Shown piece after piece: positions 1-9,692 of a stretch of 64,000 nt of DNA; position 1 is the first letter of the stretch, and each line of letters starts with the position of its first letter. Made by a program: the position numbers and the translations under genes. Source of the stretch: an uncultured Holophagae bacterium (GTDB lineage: Bacteria; Acidobacteriota; Thermoanaerobaculia; Thermoanaerobaculales; Sulfomarinibacteraceae). The notes below the pieces were generated by a model. It did not search any database, was not told where the DNA came from, and saw only the letters and a list, made by a program, of their open reading frames with translations. The stretch covers positions 1,171,605 through 1,235,604 of the forward strand of contig CAVQXZ010000001.1 in NCBI GenBank assembly GCA_963718055.1, in the 5' to 3' direction.

Positions 1-938
1 CCCGCGCTGGTCATGCAATGCAGCGTGGCGCCGGTTCCGCCAAGCCCGTCCTGCACCGCCCGGAGGTAGTCGGCAACGCATGGCCCCAGGTAGGCGTCGG
101 TGGCTGCCGTCTGGGAGCGGCGAAGCAGCCCCTGGAACGGGCTCAGAGCGCTCGAGCGCACCACGTAGGAGAAGCCCGCCTCTCGCAACAGCGCTTCGAC
201 GAGCTCTTCGTGGCACGGGTTACGCTGGGCGTGAAGCAGGGTGACGCTCGCGCAGTCGAACCCGCGGTCGCGCAGACCGGCGACCCTCGCGGCGGTCGCA
301 TCGAGGTCGAGGGCCTCGACGATCGACCCATCCGCAGCCAGGCGTTCGGGAAGACCCACAGTCTCCTCGGGCAGCGGCTCGGGGCGCTCGATGTGCAGCG
401 CGAACAGGTCTGGACGCCGCTGGTCGCCGATGGCCAGGAGGTCCTCGAACCCCGCGGTGGTGAGGTGGACCATGCGCGCGCCGCGGCGCTCGAGCAGTGC
501 GTTTGTGCCCCGGGTCGTTGCCAGCCGCATCGCAAGCGGTGGAAGCGGGTGGCCGAGCGGCGTTCCGGTGACCAGCCGTGCGGCCAGCAGCGGCGCCTCA
601 TCCCGTGACCTCAGCTCGACGGGCCGGCCCACCGCGAGCCTGGACGGGACGGCGGCTGCCAGCCGGACAGATCCAGTCTGTCGATCCTGATCGACGATCT
701 CGAACTCGGTGTCGTCACCGAGCAATGACAACGAGAATCCGGTCAGGAAACCGGCCGGGACGGATGATCCTCCGCGAAGGTGAATTCTCCCGGAATCGTC
801 GATGCGCTCGATGACGTCGCGGAGCGCGCCGCTCGACAGCACCTTGCAGCTTCGGGTGCGACCGCTCGGATCGATCGCGACGCAGTCGGTGAAGGTGCCG
901 CCGGTGTCGATCCAGACCTGCCAGGGTGCCTCGCTCAA
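1..938 (-). CDS. hydantoinase/oxoprolinase family protein, N-terminal part; the gene continues beyond the left window edge
   Basis: My own minus-strand translation gives LSEAPWQVWIDTGGTFTDCVAIDPSGR...LATTRGTNALLERRGARMVHLTTAGFEDLLAIGDQRRPDLF. This is the typical hydantoinase A / 5-oxoprolinase N-terminal signature. The gene is absent from the ORF track because it is open at the edge. The start is probably TTG at 938 and is uncertain. Confidence 0.7.
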   Translation of the reverse strand, partial: MSEAPWQVWIDTGGTFTDCVAIDPSGRTRSCKVLSSGALRDVIERIDDSGRIHLRGGSSVPAGFLTGFSLSLLGDDTEFEIVDQDRQTGSVRLAAAVPSRLAVGRPVELRSRDEAPLLAARLVTGTPLGHPLPPLAMRLATTRGTNALLERRGARMVHLTTAGFEDLLAIGDQRRPDLFALHIERPEPLPEETVGLPERLAADGSIVEALDLDATAARVAGLRDRGFDCASVTLLHAQRNPCHEELVEALLREAGFSYVVRSSALSPFQGLLRRSQTAATDAYLGPCVADYLRAVQDGLGGTGATLHCMTSA

Positions 939-1234
939 TGCTGTGGCCCGGTGACGAGGCAAGTGCCGGGGCCACCGAGCCAGCTGGCGCGCTCGAGCCT
1001 CGGCGCTGTGTCGTGCACGGTGCTTCCTCCGACCGCGGGATGAGTGTACCTCGGAGCCTCCCCAGCCCGGGAGTGACCTTCACGGGCGGCGCCCTCGGCG
1101 GGGCGCCTCGCCGGGTGGTGCGCGTCAGGCCCTTGCCATCCGGCGGTGCTGGAATCGACGATCGGTGGCCCGCGGCGACTGCGACTTTGGTAGGATCTAG
1201 CGCGATCAGGCCGTCTTGGCCCGGTTGAATCTCG

Positions 1235-2782
1235 ATGCAGCCTCAGAGCGACGTCGTGCCGCCCTGGCCCCTGGAGCCGGCCGCCGCCGGAGACTCGGCG
1301 CGAGTTCGTTTCGCCGCCCTCCCGGCCGTTGTCCGGTGGGCCCTCGCCGTCGCGGCGGTGCTGGTGTTCGCGCTCGCGTTCCAGGGCTCGCGACCGCTGT
1401 GGGAGCCCGACGAGGGACGCTACGTCGCCGTCGCGCTGGAGATGATTCAGCTCGACGACTACCTGGTGCCGCGCCTGCACCACCAGTATCCCCACTTCGC
1501 GAAGCCGCCGTTGACCTACTGGCTGATCGCGGCCAGCCTGAACACCCTGGGCATGAACGAGTGGGCGGTGCGGCTGCCGAACACGCTCGCCTTCACCGCG
1601 ACCGTGCTGCTCGTCTACGCCATCGGCCGGCGCCTGTGCCCGAAGGACGCTGCGCTGGCCGCCGTCGTCTACGCGAGCTTCCTGATGACCGCCACCGCGG
1701 CCAACATCGTCACCTCCGACACCCTGCTCACCGCGTGTGAGGCGCTCGCCGTGTGGGGCTTCGCGAGCTGGTGGTGGAGCCCAGACCGCAGCCAACGGGG
1801 CTGGCTCGTGGTGATGTGGCTTGGATTCGCGCTCGCGTTCCTCACCAAGGGGCCGGTCGGGCTGCTGCCGGTGCTCGGCATCGGGGCGCTGGTGGCGGCG
1901 AGCAGTGGCGTGCGCGGCCTCGGCGCGCTGTTCCCGCTCGCCGGGATGGCCGTGTTCGCGGTTGTCGGTTTCAGCTGGTACGTCCTAGTCACCGTCCGTC
2001 GCCCGGAGCTCATCGGTTACTTCCTGGGCCACGAGTTCCTGGACCGGGTGTTCAGAAACGTCCACGGCCGCAACGGCGAGTGGTACGGCGCGGCCGCCGT
2101 CTACCTGCCGGCCTTCCTGCTCGGCGCCCTGCCGTGGACCGCGGTCCTGGTCGCGCGCCTGTACCATGCCGACCGGGTCTTCCGGCCGAGCTGGTGGCGG
2201 CGCTGCCTGCGCGACGACCCGGCGCTGTTCTTCACGCTGGCCTGGCTGGTGCTGGGTCTGGCGGTGTTCCTGCTCTCGCAGTCGCGGCTCCACCTCTACG
2301 TCCTGCCGCTGTTCACGGCGCTGGCGCTGTCGACCGCCATGGCGCTGCGGGGGAGGTGGCGGTGGACCCCGAGGGTGCTGTACCTGATCGCGCTCTGGCT
2401 CGCCCTCCTGGTCGGGCTGCGGGCCGCGGCCGCACACGTCCCGAGTGAGCGGGACGCCCGCGCGCTGGCGCGCGAGGTGGCGTCGCTCGCCGGCGAGGCG
2501 TACGACGAGATCGTGATCGTCGGCGTGCGCAACCTCTACGGTCTGTCTTTCTACCTCGGCCGCGAGGTGGAGCACGTGGCCTTCTCGGCAGAAGACCTCG
2601 AGCGGGGCGTTGCCCATTCCAACCAGACTCTCGAGCAGGAGCTGGCCGAGGGCGAGCGGCCGGTGTTCGTGGTCGACACCCGGCGGGCGGAGCGCTTCGA
2701 GGAGATCGTCCGCGCCGCCGGCCGCACCCCGCGGCTGGAGGGCACGGTCCGGGGCGTCAGCGTCTACTTCTGCCCCCGCTGA
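1235..2782 (+). CDS. ArnT/PMT-like (GT39/GT83) polyprenyl-phosphate-dependent membrane glycosyltransferase
   Basis: 515 aa multi-TM protein. The N-terminal motif PLWEPDEGRYVAVALEM...FAKPPLTYWLIA is characteristic of ArnT/PMT-family transferases. ATG start. Confidence 0.8.
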   Translation: MQPQSDVVPPWPLEPAAAGDSARVRFAALPAVVRWALAVAAVLVFALAFQGSRPLWEPDEGRYVAVALEMIQLDDYLVPRLHHQYPHFAKPPLTYWLIAASLNTLGMNEWAVRLPNTLAFTATVLLVYAIGRRLCPKDAALAAVVYASFLMTATAANIVTSDTLLTACEALAVWGFASWWWSPDRSQRGWLVVMWLGFALAFLTKGPVGLLPVLGIGALVAASSGVRGLGALFPLAGMAVFAVVGFSWYVLVTVRRPELIGYFLGHEFLDRVFRNVHGRNGEWYGAAAVYLPAFLLGALPWTAVLVARLYHADRVFRPSWWRRCLRDDPALFFTLAWLVLGLAVFLLSQSRLHLYVLPLFTALALSTAMALRGRWRWTPRVLYLIALWLALLVGLRAAAAHVPSERDARALAREVASLAGEAYDEIVIVGVRNLYGLSFYLGREVEHVAFSAEDLERGVAHSNQTLEQELAEGERPVFVVDTRRAERFEEIVRAAGRTPRLEGTVRGVSVYFCPR

Positions 2783-2858
2783 GAAGCGCTGCTCGACCGG
2801 CCATTGGGTCCCGTCGGACGCGCCGCCCTCGTCCCTGACCCGTGCTACCCTGGCCCGC

Positions 2859-3588
2859 GTGAGCCAGGTGGAGTCCCCAGCCGTCGAGCTCTCCGTCGTC
2901 GTTCCGGTGTTCAACGAGCTCGCCAACCTCGATCCCCTGGTGGAGCGCGTGCGCGCCACTCTGAATGCGCTGTCGCTGGCCTGGGAGCTGGTGCTGGTGG
3001 ACGACGCGTCGAGCGACGGCTCCGCTGACCGGCTCGACGAGTTGGCGGCGTCCGAACCGCGCCTGAGGGTGCTGCGCTTCGTCCAGCACGCCGGTCAGTC
3101 GGCGGCGCTTGTGGCCGGCTTCCAGCACGCCCGCGGCCGCTGGATCGCAGTGACCGATGCCGACCTGCAGACCTATCCCGAAGACCTCCCTCGGCTGCTC
3201 GAGCTGGTCGAGCGGGAAGGAGTCGACGCTGCGGTCGGCGTCCGCGAGCAGCGCCAGGACACCGGCTGGAAGCGATTCTCGTCCGCGCTTCGCGAACTGG
3301 GTGCGCAACCGGCTCACCCGCGAGGACATCGTCGACACCGGCTGCCCGCTCAAGGTGATGCGCGCCGAGGCGATCGCCTGCATCATCCCGTTCGACGGCA
3401 TGCACCGCTTCCTGCCGACCCTGCTCCGAATGGGAGGCTTCGCCGTGCGCCAGGTTCCGGTGCGGCACGCGCCGCGCACCGCCGGCCGGAGCCACTACGG
3501 CACCTGGGATCGGGCGGTCCGCGGGCTGCGCGACGCACTCGGGGTGCGCTGGCTTCAGGACCGCCGACTGCGCTGGAAGCTGCGGTGA
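2859..3588 (+). CDS. GT2 polyprenyl-phosphate glycosyltransferase (ArnC/DPM1-like), interrupted by an apparent +1 frameshift near 3285
   Basis: The N-terminal half is in the 2610 frame (LSVVVPVFNELANL...LVDDASSDGS...TDADLQ). The C-terminal half is in the 3157 frame (RFANWVRNRLTREDIVDTGCPLKVMRAEA...FDGMHRFLPTLL...VPVRHAPRTAGRSHYG). Removing one nt (g3285) joins KRFSS to RFANWV. GTG start at 2859 or 2868. Confidence 0.7.
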
Positions 3589-3602
3589 TCCGGAGCCGAT
3601 CG

Positions 3603-4199
3603 ATGCCTGGTCGGATCCGGTTGGCTGCTGCGATGGCGGCGGCCGCGCTGATCGTCGCACTGCCGCTGGCGGCTCAGGGACAACCCTCTCCCGAACAGGA
3701 GGCCGCGACCTCGAGCGCCATCAAGCTGGAGCTCAAGCCGCTGCCCGAGGGGGTGGACCGCGTGCGCCTCGAGAGCGACGGCGCGGGTGGCCACTGGTAC
3801 GTGCTCGAGCTCTCGGGCGGCGGCGTGGAGCGCGTGCGGCCGGATGAGCTCGCGGCGCGAGTGGAGCGCGACCAGCGCCATCGTGGCTTCTGGTTCCGGC
3901 TGCTCAACATCAGCTCGCCGATCGGCTTCGCGTGGGTCGCCATGGGCCTGCTCGGGCAGGTGCTGTTCACGGGCCGGATGCTGCTGCAGTGGCTGGTCAG
4001 CGAGCGCAGCAAGCGGTCGGTCGTGCCCGAGGGCTTCTGGTGGTTGAGCCTGGTCGGGGCCTCGATGCTGCTCGTCTACTTCGTCTGGCGGCGCGACATC
4101 GTCGGCGTGCTCGGCCAGTGCGCCGGCTGGGTGGTGTACGGTCGCAACCTGTGGCTGATCCACCGGGAGCGGCGGTTGCAGGCCGCGGCCGGCTCCTGA
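3603..4199 (+). CDS. membrane protein with a lipid-A-disaccharide synthase N-terminal (LAB_N) domain
   Basis: ATG at 3603 followed by a signal-like MPGRIRLAAAMAAAALIVALPLAAQG. The C-terminus GQVLFTGRMLLQWLVSERSKRSVVPEGFWWLSLVGASMLLVYF...GRNLWLI matches the LAB_N pattern. It lies directly after the GT2 gene. Confidence 0.7.
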   Translation: MPGRIRLAAAMAAAALIVALPLAAQGQPSPEQEAATSSAIKLELKPLPEGVDRVRLESDGAGGHWYVLELSGGGVERVRPDELAARVERDQRHRGFWFRLLNISSPIGFAWVAMGLLGQVLFTGRMLLQWLVSERSKRSVVPEGFWWLSLVGASMLLVYFVWRRDIVGVLGQCAGWVVYGRNLWLIHRERRLQAAAGS

Positions 4200-4248
4200 C
4201 CACGCCGCTCGACGGGTCTCGCCATCCGCGGTGCGGCGGGCGCGACGG

Positions 4249-5475
4249 CTACGACCCGTTCAGTACTCGAGCCAGTCGCCGACAGCCCTCGTCGATCGAG
4301 GCGGCGTCGGCAAACGTGAAGCAGAGGCGCGCGAACTCGTCGCCATCGGCCACCTCGCCGATCTGCTCGTCGGGCGTCGGATAGAAGGCCGCGCCCGGCA
4401 CGAAGGCCACACCCTGCGCGACCGCGCGGTCGAAGACCTCGCGGCTCGACCGCCCGGGAAGGCGGAGCCAGAAGAAGAAGCCGCCGTCGGGCGGACGCCA
4501 CTCGGCGGTTCCCTCGGGAAGGTTGTCGGAGAGGGCGCGCTCCATGGCCGCGCACCTGGTCGAGTAGAGGCCGAGGATGGTTGCGAGGTGCGCATCGAGA
4601 TTGCCGCGGCGGCAGTACTCGGCGACCAGGGCCTGAGTGACGGTTGCCGTGCACAGGTCCTCGCCCTGGCGCATGAGCACCATCGCGCGGATGATCTCGG
4701 GCGACCCGACCGTCCACGCCACCCGCACGCCGGGTGCCAGGATCTTGGAAAACGACGACGCGTAGAGCACCCCCGGCGCGCCCCCGGCAAGCCGCTTGAG
4801 CGTCGGCAGCGGCTCGCCCCGGTAGCGGAGCTGGCCGTAGGGGTCGTCCTCGAACACCGGGATGCCGAGCTCCGCGGCTGTAGCGAGAAGTCGGTGGCGC
4901 CGGTCGAGCGACAGGCAGGCGCCCGTCGGGTTGGAGAAGTCGGGGATCGTGTACAGCAGCTTTGGCCGCCGGCCGGTTGCGGCCTCGCAGCGCGCCACCG
5001 CGTCGGGCAGGCGATCCACCAGCATGCCGTCGCCGTCACACGGCACCGCGACGAAGCGGGCTCCGGCGTTGCGCAGGCTGTGGATGGTGCCGGGGTAGGT
5101 CGGCGCCTCGACGATCACCGGGTCGCCGGGATCGACCAGGACCCGGGCGAGAAGATTGACCGCCTGCTGCGACCCCGACGCGACCAGCAGCTCCTCGGGG
5201 CGGACCGGGAAGCCGAGCCGCTCCGCCATCAGGGCGAGCAGGGTTTCCCGGAGCGGCGCGTAGCCCTCGCTCGGGCCGTACTGCAGCACCTCGCGTCCGG
5301 CGTCTTCGAGAACCGAGGCACAGGCGGCGAAGCGCGCCACCGGAAAGGCGTCCGGCGCGGGCAGGCCGCCGGCGAACGAGATCATGCCGGGCTGGCCCAC
5401 GACCCGGAACAGCTCCCGGATCGGCGACGGCCGCATCGCACGACCCAGCTGCGACAGACGGAAGAGCTCGCTCAT
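4249..5475 (-). CDS. PLP-dependent aminotransferase, class I/II (2-aminoadipate / MocR-like catalytic domain)
   Basis: Starts MSELFRLSQLGRAMRPSPIRELF. Internal SFSKILAPGVRVAW supplies the PLP lysine. This is only the 3-prime 409 codons of track ORF 4249..6420. Confidence 0.85.
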   Translation of the reverse strand: MSELFRLSQLGRAMRPSPIRELFRVVGQPGMISFAGGLPAPDAFPVARFAACASVLEDAGREVLQYGPSEGYAPLRETLLALMAERLGFPVRPEELLVASGSQQAVNLLARVLVDPGDPVIVEAPTYPGTIHSLRNAGARFVAVPCDGDGMLVDRLPDAVARCEAATGRRPKLLYTIPDFSNPTGACLSLDRRHRLLATAAELGIPVFEDDPYGQLRYRGEPLPTLKRLAGGAPGVLYASSFSKILAPGVRVAWTVGSPEIIRAMVLMRQGEDLCTATVTQALVAEYCRRGNLDAHLATILGLYSTRCAAMERALSDNLPEGTAEWRPPDGGFFFWLRLPGRSSREVFDRAVAQGVAFVPGAAFYPTPDEQIGEVADGDEFARLCFTFADAASIDEGCRRLARVLNGS

Positions 5476-5601
5476 CGCTGCAGATTGTACGGCAGGCGCC
5501 GGCGGATGGCGGCAGCCGCGACGCGCGGGTGGACGTTGACGGCAGCGTCGGAATTGTCGATCATCGCTCGCCCGCGACACGCCAGCGGCGGAGGCCGCCT
5601 C

Positions 5602-6261
5602 ATGAAACCCTACGTGACCCCTGGGACCATGCCCGAGAAGACCCGCCAGTGGCTCGATCGGGTGGCTCCGTACAACCGCTCTCAGCTGGAGCTGCGGGCC
5701 GACCGCGCCGCGCTGCTGGTGATCGACATGCAGCGCTTCTTCGTGGACCAGGACGGGCCAGCGTTCACCTGCGGTGCAGAGGCGATCCTGCCGAACGTGA
5801 CAACGCTGGTGTCCGCCTTCCGCCGGGCACAGCGGCCGGTGGTCTTCACCCGGCACGTGCACCACCCGAGTCGCCTGGACGCGGGGATCATGGAGTGGTG
5901 GTGGGAGGGCATGTGCGTGGAAGGCAGCCCGGAAAGCGAGATTCACCCGGACCTCGCGCCTCGAGAGGATGAAAAGGTGGTGCTGAAGCACCGGTACTCG
6001 GCCTTCTTCGACACGGACCTGGCGACGGTGCTGCGCTGCCTCAAGGTCGAAGATCTCGTCATCACCGGCACCATGACCAATATGTGCTGCGAGTCGACGG
6101 CGCGCGACGCGTACTATCGAGACTACCGCGTGTTCTTCCCGGCCGACGCCAATGGCGCCGTCAGCGAGGAGATGCACCTGGCCAGCTTGCTGAACCTGGC
6201 GTACGGATTTGCCTGCATCACGACGACCGAACGAATCCTCGGAGCAATGTCCATGATGTAG
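5602..6261 (+). CDS. isochorismatase-family cysteine hydrolase
   Basis: ALLVIDMQRFF...KHRYSAFFDTDL...LVITGTMTNMCCESTARDA is the typical isochorismatase/nicotinamidase fold signature with a catalytic Cys. ATG at 5602. Divergent from the aminotransferase. Confidence 0.85.
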   Translation: MKPYVTPGTMPEKTRQWLDRVAPYNRSQLELRADRAALLVIDMQRFFVDQDGPAFTCGAEAILPNVTTLVSAFRRAQRPVVFTRHVHHPSRLDAGIMEWWWEGMCVEGSPESEIHPDLAPREDEKVVLKHRYSAFFDTDLATVLRCLKVEDLVITGTMTNMCCESTARDAYYRDYRVFFPADANGAVSEEMHLASLLNLAYGFACITTTERILGAMSMM

Positions 6262-6463
6262 GGCCCGCGGGGCCGGGTGGCGATACAACTCGTGGCCGGC
6301 AGGACCTTCCGCCCCTGGTTTGGCTGGCGGACCCCCCTCATCGATACCACGTTTCGAATTGAAAACCCGAAGTGTCCGCCGTCGTAAACCCTTTGGGGCG
6401 GCTGCCCATCTCAGGGGCAAGGGCGGGCACTTTCTTGAAGAACGTACCGGTGGAGGGAGCTCG

Positions 6464-8692
6464 TTGACTGCTCGACACGTGGCTCTGGTCCTGCCGCTGG
6501 TGGTCGCCCTGCCGGCCTCCGCTGCCCCGGGTGAACCGCAGCTGTCGAGGCCCCGTCAGCAGATTCCGAGGCTCGAAGCTCCGGTCCAGATCGACGGCGC
6601 ACTCGACGAGATCGCCTGGAAGCAGGCCTGGTCAACCGAGCTGCCGGTCGAGGTGAGCCCGGGCGAGAACACCCCGGCGCCGGTCCGCACCGAGGTGCTG
6701 CTCTTCCACGACGACGGCGCGCTCTACGTCGCCTTCCGCGCCTTCGACCCGGAGCCGACGGCGATCAGGGCCCATCTCGCCGACCGCGACGACGCCTGGT
6801 CCGACGACTGGGTGGGGGTCGTGCTCGACACCTTCCACGACCAGCGGCGCGACTACCTGCTGCTGATCAACCCGCTCGGCGTCCAGATGGATAACATCGA
6901 GACCTGGCCGGGCGAGGGTACGACCTGGGACGGGATCTGGGAGTCGGCCGCCGCCGTCCACAGCTGGGGGTGGGCCGCCGAGATGCGGATCCCGTTCTCG
7001 ACCTTGAGGTTTCAACGGACCGACGGCCCGCAGGTGTGGGGCTTCGATGCGGTCCGCGGCTACCCGCGAAGCACCACCGCGCAGATGGGCGCCTTCCCAC
7101 GCGACCGGAACAACAACTGCTATCTCTGCCAGGCGATCAAGATCGAGGGCTTCGCCGGCGTCTCCCCTGGGCGCAACCTGGAGATCGTCCCGACCATGGT
7201 CGCAACCCGCACCGACGCGCTGGCCGAAGACGACACGAAGGTCCTCGCCGAGGGCGACATCATGAGCGAGCTCGGCATCACGGCGCGCTGGGGCTTCACC
7301 CCCAACCTGACGCTGAGCAGCACCGTCCAGCCGGACTACTCGCAGGTCGAGGCCGACGCCCTCCAGCTCGAGGTCAACCAGCCGTTCGCGCTGTTCTTCC
7401 CCGAGAAGCGGCCGTTCTTCATGGAGGGAGCGGACTTCTTCGACACCAGCCTGGATGTGGTCTACACGCGCATGCTCCGCGACCCGGCCTGGGGCGCCAA
7501 GATCACCGGCAAGGAAGGGGCGCACACGGTCGGGACCTACGTCGTCGAGGACGAGGTCACCAACCTGGTCTTTCCCGGCAGCCGGTACTCGGACGCGACC
7601 TCGCTCGAGTCCGGCAACCTGGCCAGCGTCGCGCGCTACAAGTTTGATCTCGACGACCGCTTCACCTTCGGCGTGCTCGGCACCTCCAGGGAGGGCGAGG
7701 ACGGCTACTTCAACCGCGTCGCCGGCCTCGACGCCGACCTCCGCCTGTCCCCGCGCGATCGGTTGCTGCTCCAGGCGATGGGCGCGCGCACCCGCTACCC
7801 CGAGGGCATCGTCGAGGACTTCGACCAGCCCGAGGGCTCCTTCGAGGGGGCAGCGTACAACGCCGAGTACTACCACGAGACGCGAAGCTGGATGCTATGG
7901 TCGGCCCTGCGCGACATCGACGACGGCTTCCGCGCCGACCTCGGCTTCATGCCCCAGGTCGACCAGCGGTTCGGCGAGGTCGGCGCCGGCCTGCTGTGGA
8001 CCGGCGAGCCCGGCGACTGGTACTCGCGGACCGAGCTGCTCTGGAAGGTCAACCACAGCGAAGACCATCAGGGTGACCTGCTGCTCGACGAGTACGTGGT
8101 GAAGTTCAACTACGAGGGGCCGCTGCAGTCGCACGCCTTCCTCCGCCCGAGACACGTGCGGGAGGGTTGGGCCGGCGAGGAGTACGAGTACGACGAGATC
8201 TACGCCCACCTCTGCCTCCATCCCAACGGCAGCAGCCAGGCCTGGCTCGAGGTGATCGCCGGCGGCCGGCTCGACTACGCCGGCAGCCGCGAGGGCGAGC
8301 GGCTGCAGCTCCACCCGGGGTTCTGGTACCGCCTCGGACGCCACCTGCGCCTCGAGCTCGACTACACGGCCGAGCAGATGGACGTCGACGCCGGCTGGCT
8401 CTATGACGCCCGCATCGGCCAGCTCGGGGTTGCCTGGCAGTTTGACTCCCGCACCTTCGTGCGCGCGATCCTGCAGAACGTCGACTACGAGTTCAACACC
8501 GCCGTCGACCTTGCAGGACGGGAGCCGGAGTACCAGCACCTCTTCAGCCAGCTGCTGTTCTCCTACAAGCTCAATCCGCAGACCGTGCTGTTCCTGGGCT
8601 ACTCCGACAACGCCATCGGCGACGCCACGACCGACCTCACCCGCCAGGACCGAACGCTGTTCGTCAAGGTCGGCTACGCCTTCGTGCTCTAG
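6464..8692 (+). CDS. secreted CBM9-like / DUF5916 family protein
   Basis: GGAGGGA lies 6 nt before TTG 6464, followed by the signal peptide LTARHVALVLPLVVALPASAAPG. IDGALDEIAWKQA...LYVAFRAFDPEP...DDWVGVVLDTFHD is CBM9/DUF5916-like, followed by a long beta-rich region. Confidence 0.7.
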   Translation: MTARHVALVLPLVVALPASAAPGEPQLSRPRQQIPRLEAPVQIDGALDEIAWKQAWSTELPVEVSPGENTPAPVRTEVLLFHDDGALYVAFRAFDPEPTAIRAHLADRDDAWSDDWVGVVLDTFHDQRRDYLLLINPLGVQMDNIETWPGEGTTWDGIWESAAAVHSWGWAAEMRIPFSTLRFQRTDGPQVWGFDAVRGYPRSTTAQMGAFPRDRNNNCYLCQAIKIEGFAGVSPGRNLEIVPTMVATRTDALAEDDTKVLAEGDIMSELGITARWGFTPNLTLSSTVQPDYSQVEADALQLEVNQPFALFFPEKRPFFMEGADFFDTSLDVVYTRMLRDPAWGAKITGKEGAHTVGTYVVEDEVTNLVFPGSRYSDATSLESGNLASVARYKFDLDDRFTFGVLGTSREGEDGYFNRVAGLDADLRLSPRDRLLLQAMGARTRYPEGIVEDFDQPEGSFEGAAYNAEYYHETRSWMLWSALRDIDDGFRADLGFMPQVDQRFGEVGAGLLWTGEPGDWYSRTELLWKVNHSEDHQGDLLLDEYVVKFNYEGPLQSHAFLRPRHVREGWAGEEYEYDEIYAHLCLHPNGSSQAWLEVIAGGRLDYAGSREGERLQLHPGFWYRLGRHLRLELDYTAEQMDVDAGWLYDARIGQLGVAWQFDSRTFVRAILQNVDYEFNTAVDLAGREPEYQHLFSQLLFSYKLNPQTVLFLGYSDNAIGDATTDLTRQDRTLFVKVGYAFVL

Positions 8693-8788
8693 GAGCGTGC
8701 GGGGCACAGGCCCCTGAGCGCACTCGTGATGTGGTGGCCGTGGTTGGCCTCTGCCCCACACGCTCCTCGGGATGCGCTGCGCGCATCC
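8690..8788 (+). repeat. family-1 structured intergenic element, copy A (short subtype)
   Basis: TAGGAGCGTGCGGGGCA...TGCCCCACACGCTCC forms a long inverted repeat, followed by the hairpin GGATGCGC-TGC-GCGCATCC. The leading TAG is the stop codon of the 6464..8692 gene. Confidence 0.8.
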
Positions 8789-8822
8789 TGAAGCTCAGCG
8801 CAGACGAACGCACAGACGGCGA

Positions 8823-9692
8823 ATGCGGTTCGAACTCCCCACCGGTTTCCCGAGCTATCATCCGGATCCAGAGGGATGCTGCGTGGCCGACTGGGTGATC
8901 GGCGATGTCCACGGCTGCTGGGAGACCTTGCAGCGGCTGCTCGAGCGGATCCGCTGGGATCCCGAACGCGACCGGCTGTGGCTCATCGGAGATCTCGTCA
9001 ATCGCGGACCGCGGTCGCTCGAGGTGCTGCGCTGGGCGGCGGGGGAGCCGCGGCTCGACGCCATCCTCGGCAACCACGACCTCCACCTGCTCGCCCGAGC
9101 CGCGGGCGCAGCCGGCTCGCGGGCCGAGGACCGGCTCGACGAAGTGCTCGCGGCGGACGATCGGGAGGTCGTGCTCGAGTGGTTGCGGCGGCGGCCCTTC
9201 CTCCACCGCATCGGAGACACGCTGCTGGTGCACGCCGGCCTGCTGCCGGTGTGGGGAGGCGACGAGGTGCTGTCCCTCGCGGGCTCGGCCAGCCAACGGC
9301 TGCAGGCTCTGCTGCCGCTGCTGGCCCGCAAGCCGAAGCCCAAGTGGAGCGCCGAGGCCACCGGCGATGACCGGCTGGCGGCTGCGGTCGCCATCTTCAC
9401 CCGGCTCCGCGTGGTGCGCGCCGACGGGCGGCCGAAGCTGTCGTTCACGGCGGCGCCGGAGGCCGTGCCTGAGGGGTGCCGGCCGTGGTACGAGGGGTCG
9501 CGGCTGGTGGCGGAGGGGACGCGGGTGGTCTTCGGGCACTGGGCGCTGATGGGCTATCGCCGCGAGCCGGGCGCTGTGTGCATCGACTCGGGATGCGTCT
9601 ACGGTGGCCGGCTGACCGCGCTGCGCCTGGATGACGACACCGCCGTCCACGAGCCGGTGGTGGCCGACGAAGTATCAGCAGTGGAGGAGTGA
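8823..9692 (+). CDS. apaH: bis(5'-nucleosyl)-tetraphosphatase, symmetrical (ApaH)
   Basis: VIGDVHGCWETLQRLLERI...LWLIGDLVNRGPRSLEVL...LGNHDLHLL are calcineurin-like ApaH motifs. The start is uncertain: ATG 8823, or the in-frame GTG a few codons before VIGDVHG. Confidence 0.8.
   Translation: MRFELPTGFPSYHPDPEGCCVADWVIGDVHGCWETLQRLLERIRWDPERDRLWLIGDLVNRGPRSLEVLRWAAGEPRLDAILGNHDLHLLARAAGAAGSRAEDRLDEVLAADDREVVLEWLRRRPFLHRIGDTLLVHAGLLPVWGGDEVLSLAGSASQRLQALLPLLARKPKPKWSAEATGDDRLAAAVAIFTRLRVVRADGRPKLSFTAAPEAVPEGCRPWYEGSRLVAEGTRVVFGHWALMGYRREPGAVCIDSGCVYGGRLTALRLDDDTAVHEPVVADEVSAVEE

Noticed and set aside
935-1795. Long alternative-frame and antisense ORFs throughout the track. Examples are 935..1795(-), 1985..2959(-), 20586..22340(-), 37361..39394(-), 41143..44142(-), 42438..45869(+), 52685..56143(+) and 61151..62536(+).
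   Set aside because: They overlap genes with clear family signatures on the other strand or frame. Their translations are Arg/Pro/Gly/Ala-rich low-complexity sequence typical of stop-codon-poor shadow frames in about 70% GC DNA. No motifs were recognised.
3285-3285. Programmed ribosomal frameshifting as the explanation for the disruptions at 3285, about 19920 and about 45468.
   Set aside because: There is no slippery heptamer (X XXY YYZ), no stimulatory stop codon or Shine-Dalgarno-like element, and no obvious downstream pseudoknot at any of the three sites. Indel error or mutation is more parsimonious.
2610-4199. A single 529-aa ORF spanning GT2 and the LAB_N gene.
   Set aside because: It is a chimera. 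The first 80 codons overlap the end of the GT39 gene. The middle part is out-of-frame read-through caused by the 3285 indel. Only the last 198 codons (from ATG 3603) form a real gene.
4231-6420. The 676-aa plus-strand ORF and 723-aa minus-strand ORF that cover each other.
   Set aside because: Only the 3-prime parts carry protein signatures: isochorismatase from 5602 and aminotransferase from 5475. The remainders are antisense shadows of each other.
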